Assembly (NCBI GenBank): GCA_964270895.1
Contig: OZ185441.1
Direction: 5' to 3' (one strand)
DNA from: Podarcis filfolensis
Taxonomy: Eukaryota
Length of the DNA stretch: 64,000 nucleotides
A program made the translations under genes and the position numbers. Of the stretch, positions 52,765 through 63,541 are shown one piece after another; the first letter of the stretch is position 1; every line of letters begins with the position of its first letter. The notes under the pieces are model-generated. The model had not been told where the DNA came from. It saw only the letters and a program-made list of their open reading frames with translations, and made no database searches.

Positions 52765-52939
52765 CCTTATCACAAGGTTATAGCCTTTAAATCCAGCCCA
52801 TTGATAATATTCTTTCACCCAGGAAGGATAGAGAAAAATATCATCATCAACTGCAGCTCCAAGAGTGTGTAAGTATGGCTTAAAATCCCATGAGTCCTTG
52901 AAAATTTTTGTCCCTTCTGGAGGATCAACAATTCCTAAA
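52765..52939 (-). CDS. CMAH: CMAH coding exon
   Basis: LGIVDPPEGTKIFKDSWDFKPYL...WAGFKGYNLVIR; tag/gtgagt; 175 nt. Confidence 0.95.
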
Positions 52940-53416
52940 CTAAGAGAGAGAAAATAGACAATTAATAACTGCATTGACTAACTGTAGTCAAAATCCATGC
53001 ATATCATATCTCTCTGATTCACAGAGCGAGTCTAACTGCAGATAAAACGAATAGCCCTACTTTCTATTTCTTATTTATCTGCTGACCCCAAACTTGCAAT
53101 AATTCAGATGACCCATCCTTCAGTGTTGTTGCAAGGTAGCATTTTATACCCATTTACATTTCTCCAGCGGTTTGACTTTACCCTTGGAAGCACACTCCAT
53201 TGTCTCAAGACAGACGAATGGCTACTAAACATTTAAGGGCAATCTGGATTCAACTCACAGAAAATTAGCATGGTAGATTTATTCAACACGGATAGAAGAA
53301 TGACACTTTGACTGTTTGGGGAAAAGATTTTGCTAAATTAGCAAGGGACCTTACAAATTGCTGGAATGTTTGAAACCTGCCGCATGGTTCAGATTATCAC
53401 TGGAATTTTGAAATCT

Positions 53417-53812
53417 NNNNNNNNNNNNNNNNNNNNNNNNNNNNNNNNNNNNNNNNNNNNNNNNNNNNNNNNNNNNNNNNNNNNNNNNNNNNNNNNNNNN
53501 NNNNNNNNNNNNNNNNNNNNNNNNNNNNNNNNNNNNNNNNNNNNNNNNNNNNNNNNNNNNNNNNNNNNNNNNNNNNNNNNNNNNNNNNNNNNNNNNNNNN
53601 NNNNNNNNNNNNNNNNNNNNNNNNNNNNNNNNNNNNNNNNNNNNNNNNNNNNNNNNNNNNNNNNNNNNNNNNNNNNNNNNNNNNNNNNNNNNNNNNNNNN
53701 NNNNNNNNNNNNNNNNNNNNNNNNNNNNNNNNNNNNNNNNNNNNNNNNNNNNNNNNNNNNNNNNNNNNNNNNNNNNNNNNNNNNNNNNNNNNNNNNNNNN
53801 NNNNNNNNNNNN
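53417..53812. other. Assembly gap (396 N) in a CMAH intron
   Basis: Run of N. Confidence 1.
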
Positions 53813-54103
53813 TGCTGGTGTCACAATAGCCCCTAACTTTGCCTTGTAAGAGCCCTTTCTTTACTGCTCTTCAAAGGCGAATGAGTAGTTTGGGTGCTTG
53901 TTAGCCCCATGAAATGGCACAGAGTTCTCAAATTCAATCTCAAGACTTCCTCTCCCTTCTCAACTTTATGAAGATGCTTCTCCTGCCCACACCAGTGAAG
54001 CACTTCAATAAAAACTGGTTAACAGATTTATTGGCATTACAAACATTCGAAACCTAATTATAGAAATTCAATAAATACTTAATTTGAAGTACATTAGGAT
54101 TAC

Positions 54104-54247
54104 CTGTCTGTTGGATCTCTGAGCATCCTTGCCAGGTCCAAAGTGGCTCCAGGTTTTGGTGTCCATGTTGAAACTTCTTCAGATTTTTTTTTAATTAGTC
54201 TGTTCAACTCCTCTGGGTCATTTTTGAGATTTGTTTCTTTGATGTAA
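54104..54247 (-). CDS. CMAH: CMAH coding exon
   Basis: YIKETNLKNDPEELNRLIKKKSEEVSTWTPKPGATLDLARMLRDPTD; tag/gtaatc; 144 nt. Confidence 0.95.
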
Positions 54248-54952
54248 CTAGGTTAAGGAAAGACACACAATTGGATGTTTCCATAGCACTGGAGACACAA
54301 TATCATGAGTGGAAGGAAAATAGCCACTAGCATTGTTTACTTGTACAAGAGAACAAGATTAAGTGGAAGATAGTTGAAGATAGATGGTGCAGATCTGCAC
54401 CATACACTTAAAGCACATGAATTTCCCCAAAGAATCATGGGAAGTGTAGTTTCCCCCTTACAGAACCATAGTTTCCAGCATCCTTAACAAACTATAGCTT
54501 TATCTCCCACAGTACCTTACTGATGAAGTGGTGTAGCAAGTTCAATAAAGCTATGGAACAGATGAAGAGTCCCTCTCTTCAGGTCAGAATGCTTAAGAAT
54601 CTGTAGTTATCCTCAACAAGAGGATGGATTTAGGGACAGGTAGTCTGGGTTCCAAAACTTTAAAAGCTCAGAGTGATCTCAACCCTACTCAGAGCAAGTT
54701 CTTCACTTGGAGCTGTCTGTGGTCCTGCCCTGCCTCACTGCTATCAGACCAGGACAAGACAACCTTGGATTTAATTTCACTTTTATTGGCAAGTCTCTCC
54801 TGCAATGATAAAATAATTTTTCTACTAGTGGAAGATTTATTCCACATTTAGAAGGGCATTTACCAATTGGTAATAAGCTAATACATTCTGTGCCATGGTA
54901 GAAATTATGAAAATAGGTTGGAAAGGAACACAGCACTGATTCCAGCATTATT

Positions 54953-55401
54953 ATTATTTTTTATAAAAGACATTTATTGAAGTTTTACAAAAACATAAGT
55001 TTACAAAACGAAAAAAAGTCATATAAAAAGAAAAAGATACAAAAAAGAGAACATAGAAAAATACATGAAAAAGAAAAAAGAGGAATAAAAATACAAAAGA
55101 CAAAAGACAAATAACTAAAAAAGAATTAAAAACAAATCCGTTTTTTGTAACTTTGAACTCATTATCTTATTTCCTTGGCCTCCTCACACCTCCCCTTTTT
55201 GTATTCCCATTTAAATAATCAAATCAGCAAATCCTTACCCTCTTTCATTTATCTTAACTCTGTATCTTAACATATTATAACTCTATATTTTCATCCATTA
55301 TCAATTCATTTTTGCATATTCTTATTAACTTTGTCGCTAATGCCACTTATTTTCAATCCAACATCATTTTAACATTCATTAATTTTACAGTGTTTCTGCA
55401 G
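54953..55401 (-). mobile_element. L1 3' end, same family as 33085-35889
   Basis: Near-identical 3' UTR; 17-bp TSD CTGATTCCAGCATTATT (54936-54952, 55402-55418). Confidence 0.9.
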
Positions 55402-56031
55402 CTGATTCCAGCATTATTTGATAGTCTTCTTCTTAGGCTTAAATGCTAATCACATTATTAGGTAGGAAAGGGCTAACCACACATTACACAGAAATGCCTA
55501 TAATAACCCCCACCTCCATTAAAAATTCAAAGCAGGTGGCATTTTAATTTATTTATTTGCAAAGGGGGGGGGGAATAAGAATGGAAGGATCTGTTAATTT
55601 CTATTCTCTCACTTTCTTATTTTTCCAGTCTGAAATTCAGTTCTCCACATTTTCCAGCAATTTGCAGTTTGTTTTTAAAATCATCCCGAAAAATCACCAG
55701 CATTTCAGTGCAAATTTCTCCTAATAGACACATTTTAATATGCAGTTTTGACTAATGTGCACATTTTCGCAAGCAATTTCCCTTACTATAATGCGTTTTT
55801 GTATGTTATTTTCACTAATATCTTTATTTTTATGTACACCTTTCCCCAATGTATGCATTTTTGCAAACACCGTTTGGCTGGAGAAATGCACTGCAAAATT
55901 TGGAGGAGTGCAAATCTTGCAGGCTAGCTCCATTTCAGTTCACACATTGCTTCACACATCGTCACTGATCACATTTGTGCAAAATTATTGTGATACAACT
56001 GGTGACTAAAGAGTGAACAGGAAGACAGTAC

Positions 56032-56167
56032 CTGTCAGAAGGATGAGCTTCGACAAAATATCCCGCAAAAGGACAGTAGATTTTGGGCTTCAGATCAGTA
56101 ACTAGCTGGGCCTTGTAATTCAACAGCTTCTTCCTTTCGATTTTAATAAACTGGGCTTTCTTCTCCT
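56032..56167 (-). CDS. CMAH: CMAH coding exon
   Basis: EKKAQFIKIERKKLLNYKAQLVTDLKPKIYCPFAGYFVEAHPSD; cag/gtactg; 136 nt. Confidence 0.95.
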
Positions 56168-56762
56168 CTGAAAAACAAAAGCACTTATTGGACCTAGGTT
56201 GTGCAATCCGGGGGGGCGGGAATCTTAATTGTCCCACAAAGATTTTAAGTTATGTTCTTCATTACTAATTATTATTATTGATCACATCCATCAGCATCAC
56301 CTTCACACTTGAAGCAGAGCAAGAGAAATCTAGAAGGGCCATCTGTCCAGTGGAAAGAAATCGGGGGAAGAGACTGCACAGAAGATCTGTCTCACTGCTA
56401 CAGGCATCCCTCCCTCCACTTGTGCACAATCGACTTGCATGCGGCTGCGTATATGCATGGCGCCGGGAAATAAATAAATAATTCAATTCTAACCTGAAAT
56501 GTCAGGAGAGACCTGGAAAGCCTTTGTGGTTCATGAGGAGACCCTTCCCAGAGGGACATCAGTGAGCCAAAAGTCCAGAAAATAAGACTCCCACGGCTCA
56601 AAAATGGTACGCGGAAGCTTTTGCTACTGCTGCGCTACCCCACTCAACAGCTGTTGGGCAGGAAGATGTATTTACTGCGGCAGGCCTCCCACTTATGTGC
56701 ATTTCACTCAAGTGTGCAGGGTCCCAGAATGCCTGTACATGATAACAGACAAGGGGGTATTC

Positions 56763-56896
56763 CAGGCATAGCAAACTCCGGCCCTCCAGAGTTTGGGACT
56801 ACAATTCCCATCATCTCTAGCTAACAGGACCAGTGGTCAAGGATGGTGCGAATTGTAGTCCCAAACATCTGGAGGGCCGGAGTTTGCCTATGCCTG
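56763..56896. mobile_element. hAT MITE
   Basis: TIR CAGGCATAG(G)CAAACTC; exact 8-bp TSD GGGTATTC. Confidence 0.9.
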
Positions 56897-57021
56897 GGGT
56901 ATTCCATAATTTTTTCAAGCTTTTAAATACTCTTCTGGGTTAATTGACATGGACCTTTTGCTGCTTTTGGTCACCAAGTGTTTGTGGTATGAGTTCTTCA
57001 TTGTGAGTCCAGGAACAGTGT

Positions 57022-57053
<32 letters not shown>

Positions 57054-57227
57054 ATACAAACAAACAAACATATACACACATGTACACACACATTTGATTG
57101 GGCAGATTTCAGTGGGACGGGGATGGATGTTGCCCAGGTATGCTTGAGTTGGGGGTGAGCGTTTTTTTGTTTGTTGCCTGGGTGGGTTTTAGTTTTGATG
57201 GTTAACGTTGCCTGGGTATGCTTATGT

Positions 57228-57363
57228 CAGGCATAGGCAAACTCCAGCCCTCCAGATGTTTGAGACTACAATTCCCACCATCCCTGACCACTGGTCCTGT
57301 TAGCTAGGGATGATGGGAATTGTAGTCCCAAACATCTGGAGGGCCGGAGTTTGCCAATGCCTG
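57228..57363. mobile_element. hAT MITE, opposite orientation to 56763-56896
   Basis: Same TIR; TSD GCTTATGT / GTTTATGT. Confidence 0.9.
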
Positions 57364-57441
57364 GTTTATGTTGTTGGGTTGGTATCTGACAACATAGAAA
57401 GAGCTCTTGCTTCTTCTCACGTTTCCTCCATGTTTTTCTTT

Positions 57442-57813
57442 TTTTTTATAAATATTTATTAGAGTTTTCAATTTTATACAAACAAAAAAGAAAAAGAAAA
57501 AAAATATTAAAAACAAATCAATTTCAATATCAATTTTCAATAACATGTTTCCTTGACTTCCTCATACCTCCCCTTCTTGTTTTCTAGTTCAAATTGTTTA
57601 TCCAGCAAATCCTAATCTCTTAACACTCCATTTAACTAACACCTTATTTTCCAATCAACTTCTTAAATTTTGTAACTTAAACAATATTTTTCCCAATTCT
57701 TTTTACCATAACAGCTAGAGACCACATAAATTCAATCCAGCATCTTTCAAAGTTCATTAATTTTGCAATGTTTCTGTAAATAGTCCTTAAATTTCTTCCA
57801 ATCTTCTTCTGCC
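57442..57813 (-). mobile_element. L1 3' end
   Basis: EEDWKKFKDYLQKH-type terminus, 3' UTR and poly(A); 17-bp TSD CCTCCATGTTTTTCTTT. Confidence 0.8.
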
Positions 57814-57851
57814 CCTCCATGTTTTTCTTTGGGGCAAATTAAAAAAAACAA

Positions 57852-57958
57852 ACAAACTAGCAAGCACACACAGCAACATAATTTTTTAAATTTGCCTCCA
57901 TGTTTTTCTTTGGGGCAAATTTAAAAAATTATGTTGCTGTGTGTGCTTGCTAGTTTGT
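57852..57958. repeat. Perfect inverted repeat, 45-bp arms and 17-nt spacer
   Basis: 57852-57896 is the reverse complement of 57914-57958. Confidence 0.9.
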
Positions 57959-58070
57959 CTCTCAAGAGATAAGGGAGGTGTTGGCTTGAAATAAAAGTGT
58001 TGGCTAATGGAGGCTTCAAAATATTATGAAAAATGGACATCTTATCTAGAAGAATGCATTGGTTCATTAC

Positions 58071-58208
58071 CAGTGAAATTTCCTCCGCTGTATACCATTG
58101 GGAATCCTGACGCTCCACCTGCAAAGTCACTCATCATGAGGTCAACCTTCTCAGGAAGCTTTCCACCATTGGGCCTGGTGCAGTCCACTGTATTCAGAAT
58201 TTTGTGCC
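58071..58208 (-). CDS. CMAH: CMAH coding exon
   Basis: GHKILNTVDCTRPNGGKLPEKVDLMMSDFAGGASGFPMVYSGGNFT; tag/gtaatg; 138 nt. Confidence 0.97.
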
Positions 58209-58545
58209 CTATGCGAAGATAAACTCTCAATTAAAATTGTGTCCCAACATCTTCCCAGAAAGACCAGGCCAGAACTGGCTGAGATTTCAGAGCAAGGTGA
58301 AAGGACCATATTTTAGGCACTGGGAGCTTTTGTTAGAAACCTGAAGTGTAAAGGAGCAAGAATGTTTTTTCTTTACTTTTGTACAATAATCTGAAGTTAC
58401 GAATAACCTCAAAGTAGGTCAAAGCTGGAAAACAGAAAAATTGCACTAATCATACAGAGTATCTGAATCATTCCACTGTTTTATTTGAAACACAGTACAA
58501 AAAAGTATCAAATGCAACATAGTAATTACTGTTACATTCAGGTAC

Positions 58546-58627
58546 CTTTATATTCAATAATGATGCAAGTATCCATTTCAGGATGAACACCATCCATCAG
58601 TATCATAAATCTAAGATTCCTGTCCAC
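58546..58627 (-). CDS. CMAH: CMAH coding exon
   Basis: VDRNLRFMILMDGVHPEMDTCIIIEYK; aag/gtacc; 82 nt. Confidence 0.97.
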
Positions 58628-58736
58628 CTTAAAAGAAATCAAAGCATATGTTACTATGAATTTTGACATGGACATTTTTATTTATAGAAAACAGTGTCTA
58701 TGATTGGCTGTAATCCCTTTAAAAAGTTATTGGAAT

Positions 58737-59814
58737 ACAGGGGGCCGCTAGGGGCACATTGGAAGATGGCCGACAATACCTCCGGCTCACACGAGGTAAT
58801 TAAGAGGCTGATATGGGAGTATGCAGCCTCCCTCGTTGCCCCAAGGATATGGGGAACGCTGCCTTGCCTGCTGTGGCCATAATCACCCCTGGATTCGAAA
58901 GAAGTGGGTGAGGGCACTAGGCACAAAGCCCTTGTGTGGGTCCGGCTCTCCCGGACGCTGTCTCTGATCGCGCACTGGTTGCAGCAGCTCGAAATAAACA
59001 ATTAGAAAGAAGCAAATGCACATATTTCAAGTGAAGAATGGGAGTGAAGACTGCTAATTGAAGAGACCTCTGTGAAAGTAGAGCGACGGGTTGGATTTAA
59101 CAGGAATATATCATGAAGAAGATACATCAAAGGTTCGGTATGTCAGGACTGGATGGGGGGGACTTTTTTTCTTTTCTTCTATGTGATTAACCAATAATCC
59201 CTCCCCAAGAAAGAACCGTTGCATAACTGACCTAAGCAGGATGATTAAAAACTGTGTTGAAATGAATTACTAACCAAAAGTCTGCCTTATGGAGATCGAG
59301 AAAAGAACAAGGGCTTTTGGAATGACACAGGAATAAAAAGAGGTCGCCATGTTGGCAGGTTCTGTCGAAAGATTGATGATCGGGAGGAGGAAGCTATGGA
59401 TTTGTTTTCATACTGGATTACTAGCAGAGCCTCCTCAGAGGACTGAGAAAGGGAGTGACAGGCCTGTGAAGATTAACGAGATATGACTCTTGGACGAATG
59501 GAAGAACCCACACAGGATTACAATTTTTTTCAATCTGCTTGTGGAGACTATCAGAGGTCACAAAGAGAAAGGAAAAATATATGAAAATAACAAGAAGAGA
59601 TATGGAAAACAACAAGAAAGGATTGGATAGAATTGTGAACATTATTTGGACAGATTTGTGGACATTAAAGCAGCAGCAATAAGATGATTGGATCCCCTTC
59701 GGAACTTGAAATATGGGTACCCCCAACAAAAATTTAAAATTCGGCTTTGTAATTTGGAATTTATGTGATTTGATTTGATTTGATTGGTCGGTTAATAAAA
59801 ATTATTTTTTTTAA
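58737..59814 (+). mobile_element. 1.08-kb ORF-less retroposon with L1-type ends
   Basis: 16-bp TSD AAAAAGTTATTGGAAT (58721-58736, 59815-59830); GC-rich head with AAGATGGCCG; AATAAAAA plus A-rich tail. Confidence 0.7.
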
Positions 59815-60649
59815 AAAAAGTTATTGGAATGCAATCTAGAATGGCATTGGTGTGCTATGGCTCCCTAAGGTGTATATTAGGGGAAATTGCATAGAAACAT
59901 GTGTATAATAGAATAAATTTGAATAAAATCCTGATCAACTTCCATGAACATGTTGTTGTTGTTGTGGTTGGTTGGTTGGTTTTTTAAATGCAAGGTTATG
60001 TAGAACTGTTGAGAACTGTGTTTAAGATCAGGATGGATAGAAACCAATAGAAATTGACATTGACAGATTTACCCAACCTTAATTGCAAGCAACAGTCTGC
60101 TGCATGGTTATTTATCCATAAGTATCTTGTTACTATTAAACTTATTGTTAGTAATGCACCCTCTGGTGTTATTGGTGTTAGTAATGCACCTCCTCCTCCT
60201 CAGAATACATTTCAGTAGCAACAAGGATAGGATATTTTTGAGGAACGCTGAGTAGTTCCTTGTGGATCAGATGATAGTCTGGTGATTAGGTCCACCAGTT
60301 GTCTCTGAACTGGTTGGACATGTCCAAGTAGCATGAGGTGGTGAGCTAGTGGTTGCTGTGGGAACCAGCAAAGAGCACTCATTCATGGCCCCCAACAAGA
60401 GTCAACATGAAGCAGAGTCAACTTGAGTCAGGAGTCTTGCTTCATCGGCTCACCTTATATGTTTACATTCCATCTTAGGATATATATGTGGCAACCCAGA
60501 AACATATTTCAAACTGCTTTGGTCATTAAGTGATAAGTACTGGGAGTATTGGGACCTCAATTCCCTAATTCTGTCAATATTGTTGGGGTGGGTGGGTATT
60601 AGGCTATATGTCTGAGTCCCTTCTAATTCCCGGATCCAGCAAGTATTCA

Positions 60650-61040
60650 ATTGTTAGAATAGCCAGGCCAGTTTCTTGGTAATGGCCCTAAGTGTGAGTT
60701 GTTAGGGTAACAAAGGAAGCAGCTATGCACCAGAGGGCAAATGGGTGGGCTCCCCTCCCTCAACTAGCAAAAACAAGAGTTGAGATGTGAAAGAAAGAAA
60801 GGGAGGGAGGGAGAGACATTCTTGATTTCTGTTTGAATGCAAGGTTGTGGCTATGGGAGAAGCAAGAGGTGTTAATGCCGTGAACCGCTCCATCGTAAAC
60901 TCAGGTTGTATGCGTAAATAAACCATATAGCCTAAAGATACCACAGTCTTCACTGTCTGTCGTTCCAAGGAAACTGAACCCTGCATAAGCATTTGGAAGC
61001 CCTGGAGTCTCAAGCTGCTTGGAAATTTGGGTGGCGTGCA
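60650..61040 (+). mobile_element. Solo-LTR-like element
   Basis: Internal AATAAA (60917-60922), 3' end near gtgca; 3' half homologous to 62420-62885; left end uncertain. Confidence 0.5.
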
Positions 61041-61195
61041 AGAATTGTGTGTTAGGGGATTTTTTTAATTAATTAATTAATTAATTAAAAAATATTGTTG
61101 CTTATTCATGGTCTGGTAGTGTTCTGATTAGAAACTTCTGGATTATTTCCAAACTTTAGAAAATATAAACTTCAGAAAATGTCAAGACATCAGAC

Positions 61196-61343
61196 CTGTT
61201 GCCAAACTCCAAATGGGACAATGTTAATATTGGTCAGCTTTACACCACTCTGTTTGAGGTACCAGAATACAGGCCGTTCTGTCTTCCCAACATAAATGGG
61301 CACATCTGGCCTCCTCTCCACAAGTTTCTTCAGTGTAGGGTAA
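61196..61343 (-). CDS. CMAH: CMAH coding exon
   Basis: YPTLKKLVERRPDVPIYVGKTERPVFWYLKQSGVKLTNINIVPFGVWQQ; cag/gtctga; 148 nt. Confidence 0.97.
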
Positions 61344-61389
61344 CTGGAGAATAGGAAAAGTAGGAGAGTAGGAAAGAAACAAACAAACA

Positions 61390-62278
61390 AATGACAATAA
61401 CATATTTATACCCTACCCATCTGGTTGGGTTTCCCCAGCCACTCTGGGCGGCTCCCAACAGAATATTGAGGGACACGGGTGGCGCTGTGGGTAAAACCTC
61501 AGCGCCTAGGGCTTGCCCATCGCATGGTCGGCAGTTCGTCACCCCGCGGTGGGGTGAGCTCCCGTCTTTCAGTCCCAGCTCCTGCCCACCTAGCAGTTCG
61601 AAAGCACTCTTAAGTGCAAGTAGATAAATAGGGACCGCTTTATAGCGGGAAGGTAAACGGCGTTTCCGTGTGCTGCGCTGGTGCTGGCTTGCCAGCTGCA
61701 GCTTTGTCATGCTAGCCACGTGACCCGGAAGTGTCTTCGGACGGCGCCGGCTCACGGCCTCTAGAGCGAGATGAGCACGCAACCCTAGAGTCGGACACGA
61801 CTGGCCCGTACGGGCAGGGGTACCTTTACCTACCCTACCCATCTGGTTGGGTTTCCCCAGCCACTCTGGGCGGCTCCCAACAGAATATTAAAAACAGGAA
61901 ATAACATCAAACATTAAAAACTTCCCTAAACAGGGTTGCCTTCAGATATCTTCTAAAAGCCAGATAGTTGTTTATTTCCTTGACATCTGATGGGTGGGTG
62001 TCCACAGGGAGGCCGCCACTACCAAGAAGGCCCCCTGCCTGGTTCCCTGTAGCTTTATGTCTCGCAGTGTGGGAACCACCAGAAGGCCCTTGGAACTGGA
62101 TCTCAGTGTCTGGGCTGGACAATGGGGGTGGAGAAGCTCCTTCAGGTATACAGGACCAAGGCCGCTTAGGGCTTTAAAGGTCAGCACCAACACTTTGAAT
62201 TGTGCTCAGAAACGTACTGGGAGCCAATGTAGGTCTTTCAGGACTGGTGTTATATGGTCTTGGTGGCCACTCTCAGTC
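61390..62278 (-). mobile_element. L2 LINE 3' fragment, interrupted by a SINE
   Basis: VLTFKALSGLGPVYLKELLHPHCPAQTLRSSSKGLLVVP, an L2 ORF2 C-terminus. Confidence 0.85.
61468..61830 (+). mobile_element. Sauria SINE (full length)
   Basis: gggacacgggtggcgctgtggg head, RTE/BovB-like 3' end gagtcggacacgact...tacctttacc; 59-bp flanking duplication. Confidence 0.85.
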
Positions 62279-62299
62279 AATCCTCAAGTCACTTTACTG

Positions 62300-62885
62300 G
62301 GGTGTGTGTCAGCTATATATAGTGAAAAGCACTAAAATAATGGGACCAGGATTCCTGGAGAGTGAGAAAGCCAAGTGAAGTTCATTTCAAGGCCACCCAT
62401 AGGCATATTGGATTCTGCTTGAATCCAAAGCTGTGGCTATGGACCAAGGCCCTCTTGGACCATTAATGTTGTGAGCTCCTCCATCGCAGGCTCAGGTTGT
62501 ATATATGTGTAAATACAGTGGTACCTCTGGTTAAGAACTTAATTTGTTCTGGAGGTCCGTTCTTCACCTGAAACTGTTCTTAACCTGAGGTACCACTTTA
62601 GCTAATGGGGCCTTCTGCTGCTGCCGCACTGCCTCCACACGATTTCTGTTCTCATCCTGAAGTAAAGTTCTTAACCTGAGGTACTACTTCCGGGTGAGTG
62701 GAGTCTGTAACCTGAAGCATCTGTAACCTGAAGCATTTGTAACCTGAGGTACCACTGTAAACCATATATTCTACAGACACCACAGTCTCCACTGCTCCTC
62801 ATTCCGAAGGAAACTGAACCCTGAGTAAGCGCCTGGAATCCCTGGAATCTCAAACCGCTTGGAGATTGGGGTGGCAGGCATCAGT
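62300..62885 (+). mobile_element. Second LTR-like copy containing a MITE
   Basis: Shares ctccatcg..ctcaggttgtat..aaccatat..ccacagtct..ggaaactgaaccctg with 60885-61035; left end uncertain. Confidence 0.5.
62516..62757 (-). mobile_element. Tc1/mariner-type MITE (reverse orientation)
   Basis: TA-CAGTGGTACCTC...GAGGTACCACTG-TA; same family as 24998-25212. Confidence 0.9.
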
Positions 62886-63114
62886 AACTATGCACAAGAA
62901 TGGCACGACTAATGATGTTCTTCCTTTCCTTATAAATGCCATCCAGGAAGCAGAACTTTGGCTTGTCCTACTTATATGCTTCCTTATATGCCTGTGTCAC
63001 CAGAGCAGCATGGGGCAAAGCCATACAGCTTGCACACCACCAGCCCCAGGTAAGAATGCTTAAGATGACAGCATAAGTAATTTCCCCTCTCTTTTTTATC
63101 ATATGCACAGATAC

Positions 63115-63305
63115 CTGAGATGATCAGAATGCATGTGGCTGATGTAAATTAGATCTGCATGACACAGTCTTTCCAACCAGTCGCCAGGAGGCTCATGAAG
63201 CAACCACCAGCCGCGTGCAAAAGCAGGGCCAACGAGCCACGGATCGAAGATCATTCTTCTGTCTCCAAGTTTCAGGTCCATACATGCATGAGTTATGTAA
63301 GTTAC
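63115..63305 (-). CDS. CMAH: CMAH coding exon (metallo-beta-lactamase-fold motif)
   Basis: VTYITHACMDLKLGDRRMIFDPWLVGPAFARGWWLLHEPPGDWLERLCHADLIYISHMHSDHL; tag/gtatct; 191 nt; HxHxDH motif. Confidence 0.97.
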
Positions 63306-63391
63306 CTAAGAGCAAACAGAAACCCAAGACTGAGGCAGATCAGTGTTGTCATGTTCTGTGTGCCTGAAAAGGAAAGAACTGTTTCCTAGTG

Positions 63392-63541
63392 TGGCTAGCT
63401 CAGTAGGCTAGAGCGTGGTGCTGATGACGCCAAGGTTGCAGGTTCGATCCCTGTATGGGGCAGCTGCATATTCCTGCATTGCAGGGAGTTGCACTAGGTG
63501 ATCTTCAGGGTCCCTTCCTTCTCTACAGTTCTATGATTCTA
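63392..63541 (+). mobile_element. tRNA-head SINE with CR1-like tail
   Basis: ctagctcagtaggctagagc...ggttcgatccc head and ctctacagttctatgattct tail. Confidence 0.75.

Noticed and set aside
53351-53836. Two long ORFs in the track
   Set aside because: Artefacts of the N gap.
18435-62757. Short repeats and palindromes as a CRISPR-like or prokaryotic system
   Set aside because: Eukaryotic intron/exon DNA; the repeats are explained by MITEs, SINEs and microsatellites, with no repeat-spacer array.
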